This document shows positions 1 through 13,210 of a stretch of 64,000 bases of DNA, piece by piece. Position numbers and translations under genes: made by a program. The DNA lies in NCBI RefSeq assembly GCF_009834535.1, contig NC_045697.1, positions 39,558,001-39,622,000 on the forward strand. Reading direction: 5' to 3'. Source of the stretch: Camelus ferus (Eukaryota). How positions within the stretch are numbered: position 1 is the stretch's first letter; each line of letters begins with the position of its first letter. The notes under the pieces are model-generated. The model did no database searches, was not told where the DNA came from, and saw only the letters and a program-made list of their open reading frames with translations.

Positions 1-860
1 TTGAAGAATACTCTTTGACATATAGAGAGGTCTGTGTTTACAGTTGTTTGTTGTTCTTTTTTTCCTTTCAGCCCTTTAAAACTGTCATTCCATTGTCTTC
101 CAGTCTCTTTTTGTTTCATTTTTTCTGGTAAGTTTGGAACCATTGTGTCATTGTTTCTGTATACATAAACTATCATTTGTCTCTGGCTGCTTTAAATATT
201 TCACTTTATCTTTGGTTTTCTGCAGTGTTTTCTGATGTGTTTAAGTGGATTTTCTTTTATCCTGCTTGAGATTTACTGCAATTTTTTAACTGTAAATTTT
301 GTCTTTAACAAATTTAGGATGTTTTAAACTATTATTTCTTTTAAAGTATTTTTTTCTGTCTCAATCTCTCTTACCTCCTTTTGGGGTTCTTAGTAGCTTT
401 ATGTTAGACCTTATGATATTGTCCCACAGGTACTGTTAAATACTTTTTTCTGTTCTTCTGATTGCATATCACCTAATGTTTTGTCTTAAAGTTTAATGAC
501 TCTTCTGTCATCTCGAATCTGTTGGAAGCCTATCTTGTGAATTTTTCTGTCAGATACTGTTTCTTAAATTTATTTATAGAAACTATTTGGTAGTTTTATT
601 TTATAGATTCTGTTTTCCCTACTGGTACTTCCTGTTTGAACATAATGATTATAAGCATATTTTCCTTTAAGTCCTTGAGCTTTTGCAGTTATACTAGCTG
701 CTGAAAATTCTTTGTTAGCTAAATCCTTTATCTGGATAATTGCAGTGCAGAGTTCTTTGGTTTCCTTTTTCTTGTATATGAGAAACAGTTTTCCTGTTTC
801 TGTACATGTCTAATAATTTATTATTATGTCCTGACTGTTGTGAATAACAATTTTATACAG
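1..860 (-). mobile_element. Old LINE-1 (L1M/HAL1-like) fragment
   Basis: T-rich sequence with antisense L1 ORF1-region motifs (ttgtctctggctgctttaaatatttcactttatctttgg; gttagaccttatgatattgtcccacagg). Confidence 0.6.
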
Positions 861-914
861 CCAAATTTAGTAATTCGTTTGATTTTGTTATATTTGGTAA
901 AGAAAATCTCCAAG

Positions 915-1235
915 CTCTCAGTGCTTCTGAGCACATAAGGGCTATGATGTCTCCTGCAGAGAATATGTGTATTCATGAGCATTGTTTGTACATAAGTTAT
1001 AGTGCTGTTGGTTGTGAGTTCAATGTTAATCAACAAATATATTAAATAAGGTATCTTTAAAATAAACAAATATAAAACACTATTCTATATTGATCAGTTG
1101 ACAAAAATGTGATCAGAAGCCCATGGGAACCTAACCCTGTATTTTTTCTAGGAACAGTGATTCAGTATTCACTAATTCAGTGTTCACAGCAACTGTACAA
1201 AAGGTAACTAGCACAAATCATGAGAACCAGCTGTA
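915..1235 (+). mobile_element. Tigger4/Zombi-like DNA transposon remnant (TcMar-Tigger)
   Basis: cctaaccctgtattttttctagg...cagtattcactaattcagtgttc...gagaaccagctgta resembles the recalled Tigger4 terminus and ends in CTG-TA. Confidence 0.7.
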
Positions 1236-1765
1236 TATTTAACTGTTTTGTGATACTCTGTTGTATATCTATGTTTTATTTATCCATTGTCTTAGGTTTA
1301 TGTTATTTTCAACTTTTTAATTATAAAAAAATGCTACAGAAACATTTTATATTAATATATTCATCAGGATATGTAGCTCATAGGGAAACTAAGGTGTCTA
1401 CACATTTTTAGTAAGACTAGAGTTGCCCTATTACTCTTTAAGATCGTTGTACTAATTGGTATTTCCACCAAGAGTATATGGGAGTTCCAATTCTCTACCA
1501 GCTGGCGAGCATGAGACATTATCAGTCTTAATCTCTCTGATTGGAACATAAAATGTCATTTTCCTGATATCCAGTGGGATGGAGAAAGTTTTATGTATTC
1601 TGGATTGTTCATAATTATATTTTGAAGGTTAATTATGTTTAAATAATTGTATCAATTCAGTAATTTCAAATAATTCAATATAAAATTGTATGTACAATAT
1701 TGACCCTTTGATGGTTGTGAATAGAGACAAAAGAAAAAGCTGAAAGAAATGAGTGATACAGAACA

Positions 1766-1978
1766 TGGGCCAACAAATTATGGCCTTCAGGCCAACTCCA
1801 GTCCACTACCTGTTTTTCTAAGTAAAGTTTTATTGGAACACAGCCATGCTCTTCACATATTGTCATGGCGGCTTTCAAATTGTTTTACAACAATGGAGTT
1901 GAGTAGTTTCAACACAACCCATAAAGCGATAAATATTTACTGTCTGGCCTTTTATAGAAAAAGTTCACCAACTCCTAG
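1766..1978 (+). mobile_element. MER58A-like hAT-Charlie element
   Basis: aagttttattggaacacagccatgc and aaatatttactgtctggccttttatagaaaaagtt are characteristic MER58A segments. Confidence 0.75.
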
Positions 1979-2689
1979 CATAGAAGCATAATTGCTCTAA
2001 ATCAAGGTAAACACCTGAGTTACTGCTAATCACTTTCCTCATTTGCTGTTACCATACCAGATAAAACTCAGAATTTATATGGTTGAAATTGTTTTGTATT
2101 CCATTGGGCTATTTAACAACTATATTGTCATTTAAAAACTTACATAATCACTGTAAGGTATAAATTATTTATTAGCTGCAAGCAGGTGAACTTACTTTTT
2201 TACTTTAAAATCACATCCCATCCCATTTTTTAAAATAATTGTGCCTAACCGAACAACACTACTCTTCTAATTCCAATAATTAGGAAATCACACTGGTTTC
2301 TCCTTTAACCTTCCGTCTCATGAGTCACTTTTAGAGTGAACTGTTTCTCTGGCTTCTACTGAGATAGTGGCTAAGGCAAAAATAATAATAGACAACATGG
2401 ATAAGGGAAATACATTTTCAAAAACTTATTATAATCTTGATCATGTTTCTCCTGCTTTTACTTTATTTCTGACTTACATTTGCTGAAGTCAAGGTAAGCA
2501 TCCAATTAAAGAGTTTTAACATAAAGCAGAGAGCAAGTTCAACTCTTCATGATATTCTCAGATCCTAAAGTGTGAATCTGAAGAAGAGAATCAAATGAGG
2601 TTGTTTTTAACATCAAGAAGTAAACAAAATTTGAAATACATCGTGATAACACAACTAGAGGAGAGTAAATCATTTATGTAAAAAAAATT

Positions 2690-2811
2690 TGTGGAGATTA
2701 GATTTGTTTGTTTGTTAATTTAATTTAATTTTTAGAGGTGGTACCAGGGATTGAACCAGGACCCTGTGCATGCTAAGCATGTGCTCTACCACTTAACCTA
2801 TACCCTCCGCC
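2690..2811 (-). mobile_element. tRNA-derived SINE (camelid Vic-1-like)
   Basis: Reverse complement reads ggcggagggtataggttaagtggtagagcacatgcttagcatgcacagggtcctggttcaatccctggtacc (A and B boxes) followed by an A-rich tail. Confidence 0.8.
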
Positions 2812-3399
2812 TGTTCATTCATTCTTTCACCAAGCATCTGTTGGGCTTCTATACCAAGGCAATATGTCAGGCTGCTACGTATTGATATGACCCCCAGAAC
2901 TCAACCATTATCTCTTCATAGGTATTTTATTTTTCTCTCTAGATGGGTATACATGAAATTTTTTTCTGATGTTAATCACAAGTTGTTGATTACTTCTTTG
3001 AAATATACCCTGTGATGTTCTCCTGTCATGGAATAGCTAGAAATATTTGGGAGAGTATATTATGTATTTCCTCATAGGTTTTACATATGGACTTTTAGCG
3101 GTTACCACCTTTCAGTTTGATTATTTAGTTACAGCTGTGAATGACAGAAAGAGACATTTCCATTTTTTTCTATTTAGCACTTAAAAAAAAACCCACAGCA
3201 ATGCTTTTTATAAAGGAAATCAGAATTTGTATATAAACATAGGTAACTCCTTGTTAAAATATCACAACAAGGCAGTTTTGGCAGTTACCTTGATCTAGTA
3301 ACTCCCAAGCAAAGGTGTGATTCAGGGGAAAGACTAAAGAAATGTATCTGAACCTCTACCAGCATCCACTTCTGCCCATCAAATAAATGCTAACTCGTC

Positions 3400-3640
3400 T
3401 TGCGAATGACCCTTCTTTGCAGCCTTTCCCGGCATCCTTCTCTCTGATGGAGATGATCGCACCCATTGTGGCCCATGTCAATATGGCATTTTTTTGACTC
3501 CTACTCTGTCTGCATTTCAGTGGAATATAAGCTCTTTTCAGAACAAGGTTCTATGCTGTTCATCCTTGTGTACATAGAGTCTGACATACTGCCTGGTATA
3601 GATATTCAATAAATGTTTCTTGTTTGAATGAATGATTTAT
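3400..3640 (-). mobile_element. L2 3' fragment
   Basis: Ends in the typical L2 tail ctgcctggtatagatattcaataaatgtttcttgtttgaatgaatga. Confidence 0.6.
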
Positions 3641-4384
3641 TCTTCCTCTCTGATTCTGTTCTCACAATTTATTCCAATTTTTTGTTTACTTTTTGATCTT
3701 AAATACAACCCTAGTTGGTTCTCTTCTTCACATTCGCACTTTGAGATCTGAGAACATCATGAAAATTTGTACTTGTTCTCTATTTCATGTTAAAACTCTT
3801 TCATCAGAAGCTTACCCTGATACCAGGCCTTTACTTACTCATCCTGTTGATAGGGGTCTCACATCCCTTTATCCTATCATTTTTTTCCTAAGTGAGAGAA
3901 GAGAAAAAGAAAAAGAAAAAAAAAAAAAACAGTTATTTATGCCCATCATGTCCCCAGTCAGAAGTAGCTCTTTGTGACCATGTTATGTTGTGTGGAATGA
4001 TAAAGACTGGTAACTAGCCTAGCAAACCTTAGATCTAACCAAACTGCTTAAACGGGATTCTTATCTACTGCTGGATTTGCTAAACAATTGAAAACAGGAT
4101 AGCAGAGTTCAATATTTAAAAAAAAAAAAAAGCTACTTTTAACTAGTAGTGTTTCACATCCTAAAAAACTTGTGTGAGTCCTTTTTACTGTAGAGCTTCT
4201 ACAGAAAGTGATCTTGTCAATACCAATTCTGCCAAACACACAGATGAATCAATAGACTTTATGTTCATACTTTGCTGCTGAAAGCTTTAGAATTACCATG
4301 TGATTATTCCAGAGTTAATTTGGCTTGCATTTAAATCAGACATATTTTCAAATTAAGAATATAATTCAGATGGAACCAGTAAGA

Positions 4385-5330
4385 ATACCTTTGGTTTCAA
4401 ACAACAGACAAACACAATTCCAACTTAGTTAAGCAACAAAGGGAATTTATTGACTTGGTACCAAAAGTCCTAGAAATACCGTGAGTTCTGACAAAGCTTT
4501 ACCACATAGCTTAATAACGTTTACCAAGGACCTCGCTGCTTTCCATCTTTTTGAATTACATGGTATCAGCTTCATGTTACAAGGACCAACCCCTCTTACA
4601 GCCCCAAGATGGCTGCCAGTGGCTTTGAGGGCTATGTGCTACCAATTGAGAGGTGTGAAGGGTCTGCGATTTTACCCTATTTACAAGCTGACAAGTTAAT
4701 CTGCCAGTTTCATGGATGCTACTAGAAGACATGAGACTCCTAGGTCTGAGATGAAGGACACTTTGTTACTCTGAGCAGTAGCAATAGCCAGCATTTCTTA
4801 TGCTGATTACCCAAATCCCACTTCCCACAGAGTGGTATCTTAGCAGTCAGTTGTGTTACTGGAGAGGTATTCTGAATTCAGGGAACCTGAATCTTTTATA
4901 ATGGGCAGTGAGCATGACTGCCCTTTGCTCCAGAAGGAGATGCTATCTCTGTCTTCCAAGGCTGTAAGGAAACCAGCCTCTACTTCAGATGCAGAGTCTA
5001 TCTAGTCTTCCAAGGCTGTTCATTATACAAACACCTTGGAAAGATAATTCAGAACAAAGGCAGTCAATGCCTCTGCTTAAGACCCACAGAAACATAAGAG
5101 ACCTTTAAAGAATTCTCTCCCATCTCTACCATGTTCAGTCAAACAAGAGAGAACCTTTGACTGTGGCTTGGAGATAGGCGTGCACTAATTGGCTTAGTCT
5201 GTTCACATGATCCACCCCAGAGCCACCTTCTTGGGAACCCCATGGCACACCACTAGAAATCAGGGACTTTGGCAGAGAAGAAGGAAGGGTATGAGCACTG
5301 AGAAGGCAACCCCAAATTTTCTATTCCACA
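4385..5330. mobile_element. MaLR (MLT1-like) LTR interrupted by a second ERV-type solo LTR (~4654-5121)
   Basis: MLT1-like ttggtttcaaacaacagac...aaagggaatttattgac and ccaagatggctgcc. The nested element starts tgtgaagggtctgcgattttaccctatttacaagct and ends aattctctccca (TG...CA). Confidence 0.55.
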
Positions 5331-5979
5331 CACTCTGTTTAATGAATATTAAAGTTAGAAGATGAAAAAAGTGTGAATGTAATCTAGGGCCTTATATTAT
5401 CAGTAAAGGTTAGTGTTTGAGGGAGTTTCAATCCAAAAATATATTAGTATCACCCTAGTCTTTTGTCCTCAACATGGCCAGAATAGCTATTATAAAGTGC
5501 TTCCTTCACCACTGAATACTGAATAAAAGTCAGACCATTCAGCACGGTACACGTGCTTTGAACAGTCAGACTTCAGAGCAGTCCTTCAGCCTCAGCTCTT
5601 GCCCCCACATCTCTGTTCCCCTCTGTGCCCAGTCATTTCAGGTTTCTTATTTTGTACCTTTGTTCCTGTTATTATCTGAAAGGCCTTCCCCCCTCACCAC
5701 TGTCTAGGCAGAATTAATCATATGCCTTGATTAGATGCTCAGATAACAGTGTACACATTATACATTCCTTACTTAACACTTCTGTCTTATTCCCAGTGCT
5801 TGGCATAGTTCATGTGTATATATTCATGCAGTTATATGATTAATATTTGTCTTCCCTACTATACTGCAAGCTCCAGGGTGCAAAAATCAGGTCTGATTTA
5901 TTCTCCCTTGTATGTTTAGTGCCTTATAGGTGGTAAGTGCTCAGTAAATGTCTGTTGCCATGGAACGTTTTTAAAAATA

Positions 5980-6230
5980 CAAGAGGCAGGGCGGTGTAAC
6001 AGTTAAGGTTGCTGACTCTTTCATCAGATTGCCAGAAATTCAAGTACTAGATTCATCACTTACTAGTGGGGTGACCTTGGGCAAGTTTCTTCTCTATCTC
6101 GATTCTCCTGTCAATAAAATGGAAATAATAGTACCTATTTCGTAGTTATTTTTAATGGAGAATGATAAAATATACATGCCATGCTTAAACATTGTGCCTC
6201 CTATTTAGTAAGCACCCAGCAGTTAGCTGT
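5980..6230 (+). mobile_element. MIR SINE
   Basis: MIR core: gtgaccttgggcaagtttc...aaaatggaaataatagtaccta. Confidence 0.75.
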
Positions 6231-6559
6231 TACTGCACTTGTGCTTTGTTCCTGGAGGCAAGAGTCTGTGTGTCTGTCTCCCTGCTAGACAGCCTGCTTC
6301 TTGAAGACTGCAGCCAGCATCATTAATGGTGCCAGGGCCTAGCCTGAGGCCCAGCATGTCATAATTGTTAATAAATGCTTATTAAATTGCATTGTTGTCA
6401 AATTTGAAGAATGCTGTCTAAGATTAAATCACTAGGTTAATTTGGTAATAGTGACATGTTTTCCCAAGTTCTGAAGTCCTTTATTGTGTTTGTTAATTAC
6501 TAAAATTAATAGCTCTCACTTCTGTCTTTTATTATGTGCTTACTCTCTTCCCGGCACTA

Positions 6560-6720
6560 ATGGAACACAAATTATCTCATTTAATTTCCATCTCGTCTTA
6601 TGAGGTGTAGGTTTTTAATTACACAGATGAGGCAATACAGCTTTAGAGAAGTTAGGGGACTTGCCTAAAATCATGCAGCTAGCAACAGGAGAAATACATA
6701 GAGTCAAAGCCAGTTTCTCC
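6560..6720 (-). mobile_element. MIR SINE
   Basis: acagatgaggcaatacagctttagagaagttaggggacttgcctaaaatca (antisense MIR core). Confidence 0.65.
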
Positions 6721-8014
6721 CCCATAAATTAATATGTTATAAAAATACTCACTTATATTTATGACCATGGAAATTGTTTTTAACCCTTCGAGAATGGGTG
6801 TTTTACTAAAACTAAATAACTCTTGACGCCTCATAGTTTGGTTACACTGAGCAGTACCCCAGTGGAGACTGCTTTCACAGAGACCCCACTGACTCTGGGC
6901 CTTGTAATTCCCAGGTGGCTTTGTGGACGAGGGTTCATTAGTTTCAGAGTTTGGCAAAAGGAATACAAAACATTCCATCAGCTTTCTTTCTTTACAGTAA
7001 GGATTGCATTAAAAGAAAGCTTGGACTACAAATAGCATTTTTTTTTATTCCTTTAATCATTTTTTGGCAGTCATGCTCACAACACACATTGACAAATACA
7101 TGCAGATAGAAATGTGCTGCCCTGCTCACCAAAACAGCGCCTCCAGAGAGAGCTTTAAAGGCAATATCCCTTCGCTGTTTTTGATGTGAGAGCAGCTTTT
7201 CCTTCCCCTGAAAGCTATACCTTTATTTATGGACTTAGGATAGAAATGCAAACAGATCACCAGGTAGTGTAGTCGTACTGTTCACAGACATAGAAGAAAT
7301 AATGATTTCTAAGAGTTTTCCAGAGGAAGAAGTTCAGCTGCTGCTGAACAGTATGTGAAGTCTTACAGCCCAGAAGCCTGTGAATAACTTCTCTTTCCAC
7401 GAGGAGTTAACTCTGATTTTTGGAGAAACCTAGAGTGTGTTACACTAACCCCTCATAGCTATGCTTTGAAGAGTAAGATAATCTTTTTAAGAACTCACTC
7501 ATGATGTTACCAAAAGACGTTTTCACGTCTGAATAGTACTTTGATGAACTCGTGATTAGTTCTCAGAAAAGGGAATATAATTACTTTCTGAAAATTTTAT
7601 TTTGTTGCATTTAAATATAAAGAACTTGTAGGGGAAAACTGATCATAGTTTTATAATACATAATTTATAAGTAAATCTGATTACATCAGCTCTATGTTTT
7701 GAGGAGGGAGAATAGCCAACAAAGTAATTTATAAATGTTTTCATAAAGAAAATATGATATTGAATGCTCATTAATCACCTTTTATGCCAAAGAGTTATAG
7801 GCAAAGGAGACAACAATAACAAAGACATACTCTTGGGCATCACTCAGTCTCATGAGGCTGAACAAGCAATGACAATACAGGAATAAAGAAGCTAATATCT
7901 GCTGCCTTAAATCCCAACCGTCTCTAAAACCAGCAGGCTACTCACTGCTTGTCTACTCCAGCATCTGAACCAAACTGGAGAGACCCACAAACCTAAGCTG
8001 GTATCTCGCTCTAT

Positions 8015-10005
8015 CTTTTTATTATTGAGATATAATTGACATATAATATTGTATTCATTTTAGGTGTGCAACATAAGTGATTTGAGATATATGCAGTTGA
8101 CCCTTGAACAACACAGATTTGAACTGCTTGGGTCACTTATGTGTGGATCTTTTTTTCCAAGTACATGGTACAGGACCACATAATCCACGATGGATTGAAT
8201 CACCAACGTGGAACCACAGATATGGAGCGCACCCTACAAAGTTAAATACAAATTTTCATTGGCATTCCTGACCCCATGTTGTTCAAGGGATAACTTGTAT
8301 GTTGTGAAATGATTACCACAGTAAATTTAGTTAATGTCCATCACCATACATAGTTACATTTTTTTTTAAATTTCTGATGAGAACTTTTAGGATCTACCTT
8401 TTTTAGCACCATTCAAACATACAACACAGTATTGTTAACTATAGTCACCAGGCTGTACATTACAGCCTTGGGACTTATTGTATACCTGGAAGTTTCTAAT
8501 TTTGACCACTTCACCCATTTTACCTAATTTGCCCACCTCCTACCCTCTGCCTCTGGCAACTACCGGTCTGTTCTCTATATCTTATGGATTCATTGTTTTT
8601 TTAAGATTCCGCATGTAAATGAGATCATGCAGTATTTGTCTTTCTCTGACTTATTTCACTTAGCATGATGTTTTCAAGGTCAATCCATCTGCACCAACAG
8701 GACTTCCTTTTTTATGGCTGAATAACATTTCGTTGTGTGTGCTTATATGTGTGTATATATAATCATTTTATTTATGCATTTTTCTGTCCGTGGACACTTC
8801 TGTTTCCATGTTTTAACCATTGTAAATAATGCTACAATGAACATGGGTTTGCAGGTATCTTTTTTAAGATCGTGATTTTATTTTCTTTGGATAAATATCC
8901 AGCAGTGCAATTGCTGGATCCTACGGTAGTTCTATTTTTAATTTTTTGAGGAACCTCCGTAATGTTTTCCATAATGGCTGCACCAATTTACATTTCCCCA
9001 ACAGTGCACGAGGGTTCCCTTTTCTCCACATCCTTGGCAACAATTATTTCTTGTCTTTTGGCAATAGCAGTCTAACAGATATGACGTGATAGCTCACTTG
9101 CAGTTTTGATTTTTATTTCCTTGATGATCAGTTGAGTACCTTTCCATATACCTGTTGGCCATCTGTCTGTCTGTGGAAAAGTTCAGTTCCTCTGCTCATT
9201 TTCTAACTGGATTTTTATATATTTTGGATATTCACCCTTTATCAGTTACATGATTTGCAAATATTTTTTCCTATTCAGTAGGTTACCTTTTCATTTTATA
9301 GATTTCCTGTGCTGTACAGAAGTTTTTTAGTTTGATGTAGTCCTACTTGTCTATTTTTGCTTCTGTTGCCTTTGCTTTTGGTGTCAAATCCAAAAATGAT
9401 TTTTAAGACTGATGGAAAGCAGCTTACCGCTAATGTTTTCTTCAAGGAGTTTTATGGTTTCAGGTCTTACGTTCAAGTCTCTGATCTGTTTTGAATTTAT
9501 TTTTGTGTATGGTGTAAGATAGTGGTCCAGTGTCATTCTTTTCCATGTGGTTGTCCAGTTTTCCCAACACTGTTTATTTAAGATACTGTTCTATTCCCAT
9601 TGTATATTCTTGTGTCCTTTGTCAGAAATTAATTGACCAGGTAAAAATGAGTTTATTTCTGAGCTTTCTTTTCTGTTCCATTGATCTATGTGTCTGTTTT
9701 TATGCCGATAATATATTGTTTTGATTACTGTGGTTTTATAATATAATTTGAGATCAGAAAGTGTGATGCCTCCAGCTTTGTTCTTCTTTCTCAAGATTGC
9801 TTTGGCTGTTTCAGGGTCTTTGTGGTTTCATACACATTCTAGGATTTTTTTTTCTATTTCTGTGAAATATGTCATTGAAATTTTGATATAGATTGCATTG
9901 GATCTGTACATTGCCTTGGGTATTATGGATATTTTAACAATATTAATTCTTCCTACCCATGAGCATATCTTTCCTTTTACTTGTATTTGCTTCAATTTTT
10001 CATCA
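8015..10005 (-). mobile_element. LINE-1 3' portion (ORF2 end + 3'UTR), antisense
   Basis: Minus-strand ORF 9591-9794 ([24 protein letters not shown]...[10 protein letters not shown]) is L1 ORF2. 3'UTR motifs and a T-rich tail near 8015. Confidence 0.92.
8094..8297 (+). mobile_element. Tigger2/MER8-like MITE nested in the L1 3'UTR
   Basis: Terminal inverted repeats cagttgacccttgaacaac / gttgttcaagggataacttg, followed by TA. Confidence 0.8.
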
Positions 10006-10572
10006 GTGTGCTAAGAGGTTTGTTACTTGTTTGGGCCACACTGTGAATCTGTAATCAATCTGATCTCTTATATTTCAAGATGAACTCTTTTTCATTTGTG
10101 AAATTTTTGACTTTTCACATGCGAGTAATTTTTCTAACAAACTAAGGTAAAACAATTGTATCCTAAAGTACAGATTTACTCTAAAATTTAGATCAGGGTG
10201 AGATTTTAATTAGTTATAACTTTAACATTGATCCAGTTTTACAGAAAAAAAAAAAAAAGAGAGAATGGTATGTGCAGAAACTAACCCCATAAAATTCCCT
10301 AAAACATGTTGATAGTTTTCTCAGAAAAATGACATCTCTATTTCCCCCAGTCCTGTGGAGCGGCTATAATTTCTGGGGGAAATAGAGATTTCACTCTTAA
10401 ATGGCACACACAAAATATCACGTGCACTGGGACCAAGAGCTCTCCCACTTCTTCACTGGACAGGTAACTCCAACTGTGCCTCAGTTTCTCCAGCTGTGAA
10501 ATAGTAGTAATAAAATCCCCTGCCTCTTTGTGTTGTTGTGAGAATTAAATGGGTTAATTTATGTAAATCTCT

Positions 10573-11900
10573 GACTTAAATCACAACAATATTTTTTGGG
10601 GTCCATCTCTTAGGGTAATGGAAATAAAAACAAAAATAAACAAATGAGACTTAATTAAACTTAAGAGCTTTTACACAGCAAAAAGACACCATAAACAAAA
10701 CAAAAAGACAACCTGGAGTGAGGGTATAGCTCAAGTGGTAGAGCGCATACTTAGCATGCAGGAGGTCATGGGTTCAATCCCTGGTACCTCCTCTAAAGTT
10801 AATAAATTACCTCTCCCCCTACCCCCTAAAAGACAACCTATAGAATGGGGGAAAATATTTGAAAATGATGTGCTGACAGGGGATTAATTTTCAAAATATA
10901 CAAATAGCTCATATAGCTCAGTTACAGAAAAACAAACAACCCAGTCAAAAAATGGGCAGAAGATATAAATAGACATTTCTCCAAAGAAGACATACAGATA
11001 GCCAACAGGCACAGTCAGCATCACTAACTATTAGAGAAATGCAAATCGAATCTACAATGAGGTATCACTTCACACCACTCAGAATGGCCATCACCAAAAG
11101 TCTACAAATAATTAATGCTAGAAAGGGTGTGAAGATAAAGGAACCCTCCTACACTGTTGGTGGGAATGCAAATTGGTGCAGCCACTATTGAGAACAGTGT
11201 ATGGAGGTTCCTTTAAAAACTGAAGATGGACTTACCATTTCACCCAGAATCCCACTCCTGGACATATATCTGGAGAAAACTAAATTTGAAAAGATACATC
11301 CACCCCATTTTTCATTGCAGCACTATTTACAATAGCCAAGACATACAAGCAACCTAAACGTGCATCAACAGATTAATGGGTAAAGAAGAAGTAGTGTGCG
11401 TATAAATATATACATACATACACAATGAAATACTACTTAGCCATAAAAAAATAATGAAATAATGCCATTTGCAGCAACATGGAAGAACCTAGAGATTATC
11501 ATACTAAGTGAAGTCAGACAGAGAAAGACAAATATATGATATCACTTATATGTAGAATCTAAAAAAATGATACAAATGAACTTATTTACGAAATAAGACT
11601 GTGAAGAAATAGACTCACAGACATAGAAAACAAACTTATGGTTACCAAAAGGGAAAAGGGTGGAGGAGGGATAAATTAGGAGTTTGGTATTATCATGTAT
11701 ACACTACTATATGTAAGACAGATAAACAACAAAGACCTATGGTATAGCACAGGGAACTATACTCAGTTTCTTGTAATAACCTATAATGAAAAAGAATATA
11801 TATATGTACATATACACACACATATATATAAAATTGAATCATTTTGCTATACACCTGAAACTGACACAATATTGTAAATCAATTATAATTTAGCTTTTTA
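10573..11900 (+). mobile_element. 5'-truncated LINE-1 (ORF2 3' end + 3'UTR)
   Basis: agacatttctccaaagaagacatacagat, aggaaccctcctacactgttggtggg; artiodactyl-type 3'UTR ending acacaatattgtaaatcaattata. Confidence 0.92.
10715..10827 (+). mobile_element. tRNA-derived SINE (Vic-1-like) nested in L1, with 12-bp TSD
   Basis: gagggtatagctcaagtggtagagcgcatacttagcatgcaggaggtcatgggttcaatccc. TSD aaaagacaacct at 10703-10714 and 10828-10839. Confidence 0.9.
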
Positions 11901-13084
11901 AAAAAGATTATAATCTTGGTAATAAAATTTATCATTTCTTAAATTGGTTGACTAAGAACAACAACAAAAAACCCTGGAATATTAATTAGTTCACACTATA
12001 GCTGACACATAAGAGATCAAATTATAAGGAAAATTGCTGCCATTTAGTAAGCAAACTCCAGTTTTGAAAAGCAAAAGTTTAACTTTTTTGCACAAAAACA
12101 AAGTTTTTTTTTTCTTTTTGCTAATTTAGGGGTTTTTAAAAATTTTTTAAGCTAGATATTCTTATCTTTAAAAAAAAAAAGAATCAGAGCTAAGCATGTC
12201 CTTTCTGGTAGTTACTTTGGGTTTCTTCTTAGGAAGATGATGAGTTTAATGAGTGTGAGGGAAAAGCAAGAGGCTTTGTCCTCCTTCATACAAATGACAA
12301 GTGGAGGACAGAAAAAGTCAAGGATATTAAAGACGTGTAATGAACTTTATTTAGAAAGTCTTAATGTTAAAAATGAACTTTTCTGCTTTCATCCTTTTTT
12401 TCACAATCTTCTTTTATCTCTGAGCCTTGAATGTACTTCTCTGCCCTGTTCTAATCTTCAAAGTACTTGATGATGGAAAGAGCAGACTTAAAATTTTTGT
12501 AACTGACCAGTGCTTAGGATGACTCCAGACATTAAAGTTTATTATGCTAAACTTTTAAACATTATGTATTGCTAATATTATTTCATAATAGTGTGCTACA
12601 TTGTAAGTTTTCCTGCAGTTGACTCACATGCACATCGCTTTTCTGGGAAGAAACTTAAAATAATCAGGAAACACTCTTCCCCTACACAAAGGAAAGGGAG
12701 CTATGAACTGCAGAGACAGGTCCCATCCAGTAAACTGCTTCTGATTCACCTGCCTTTCCCTCGTTTCAGCCCTGCAGGGCAGACAGTTCCTGCCCCACGC
12801 TCGCTCATGGGACTGCGGACACTGTTGTACCCTCAGTGACAAATTAATATGGATAAATATTAGGTTAAGGCACTAATTCGTTTTTCCTATGTCTTTTATT
12901 TTTAGTCACATCAGTGTATCAGGGTAAATCAGAGCCTAATATCACAGAGGTTTTTTTGGTGCTAGATTCTTTGTTCAGTTTTTAAAGATGAGATCATCTT
13001 AAAACATTTGTAGTGCTGACTATGGCAAAATTTGTTTTTTGGCCTCTGAAATTTACTCCTTTTTTTCTAGGAATGCATCTATTT

Positions 13085-13210
13085 CTTTTTTTTGTATATG
13101 TATATTTTTTATTTAAGTTAGTCAGTTTACAATATTGTGTCAATTTCTGTTGTACAGCTAGTTCTTCATTCATACATGAACATACATATATTCGTTTTCA
13201 TATTCTTTTT
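13085..13210 (-). mobile_element. Short L1 3'-tail insertion
   Basis: agtcagtttacaatattgtgtcaatttctgttgtacagc is the antisense L1 3' terminus, preceded by a T-rich tail. Confidence 0.7.

Noticed and set aside
10715..10790. tRNA gene-like A/B boxes (also at 2735-2811 and 16406-16480)
   Set aside because: Followed by SINE tails, with a TSD in one case and degenerate stems. These are SINEs, not tRNA genes.
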